Shown here: positions 53,341-53,480 of the stretch, piece after piece
Layout: every line of letters starts with the position of its first letter
How positions within the stretch are numbered: the first letter of the stretch is position 1
Origin: a virus
Taxonomy: Duplodnaviria; Caudoviricetes
Length of the DNA stretch: 53,480 nucleotides
Virus record (IMG/VR): IMGVR_UViG_3300047557_000938
Span: 1-53,480 of that record
Direction: 5' to 3' (one strand)
Notes under the pieces: model-generated
What the model was told of the DNA's origin: nothing
The model's database searches: none
Seen by the model: the letters and a program-made list of their open reading frames with translations, nothing else
Translations under genes and position numbers: made by a program

Positions 53341-53480
53341 TGAAGGTGAATGTAAAGTTGGAGGGTGCTGACAGACTCGTGCGCCTAGTGAATGGAGCGA
53401 AGAGCCCCGAGCAACAGAAGGCTTTACAACAAGCCGTCTATCACACGGGCGAGGCTGTCCTGAACGACTCTAAGAAACTT

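Noticed and set aside
53354-53480. 127-bp repeat as a biological terminal repeat
   Set aside because: It falls inside a gene and equals a common assembly k-mer length; read data needed for true termini

Overview
The window is an apparently complete, circularly permuted genome of a tailed siphovirus-like phage of Actinobacteria, about 53,353 bp. Positions 1-127 repeat exactly at 53354-53480, which looks like an assembly overlap. Host inference rests on two WhiB-like genes, a DUF732-like secreted protein and TAnnnT leaderless promoters. It carries a full virion gene set (terminase, Mu gp29-like portal, MuF, protease, scaffold, capsid, neck, two tail-tube paralogs, frameshifting chaperone, tape measure, tail tip, two glycine-rich fibre modules), a lysis cassette, a lambda-style initiator with internal iterons, and Gam/ERF/RusA/SSB/Cas4-like recombination genes. 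I saw no integrase, repressor, DNA polymerase or tRNA. Highlights: (1) a QueC-less 7-deazaguanine DNA-modification operon (ParB-like, DpdA-like, DpdL-like, QueD, QueE) ending in a phosphoribosyltransferase-FolE fusion; (2) a type II hammerhead ribozyme at 26087-26148; (3) a candidate RNA regulatory circuit in which six related promoters head small-gene islands, five start with covarying GAGG(G)-loop hairpins, and two other hairpins expose complementary CCCCUC loops; (4) a baseplate-hub gene split in two by an inserted four-gene fibre cassette; (5) a MuF protein with an ADP-ribosyltransferase-like tail and a small downstream gene; (6) six glycan-modifying enzymes. All calls were made by eye from motifs; no database search was run.
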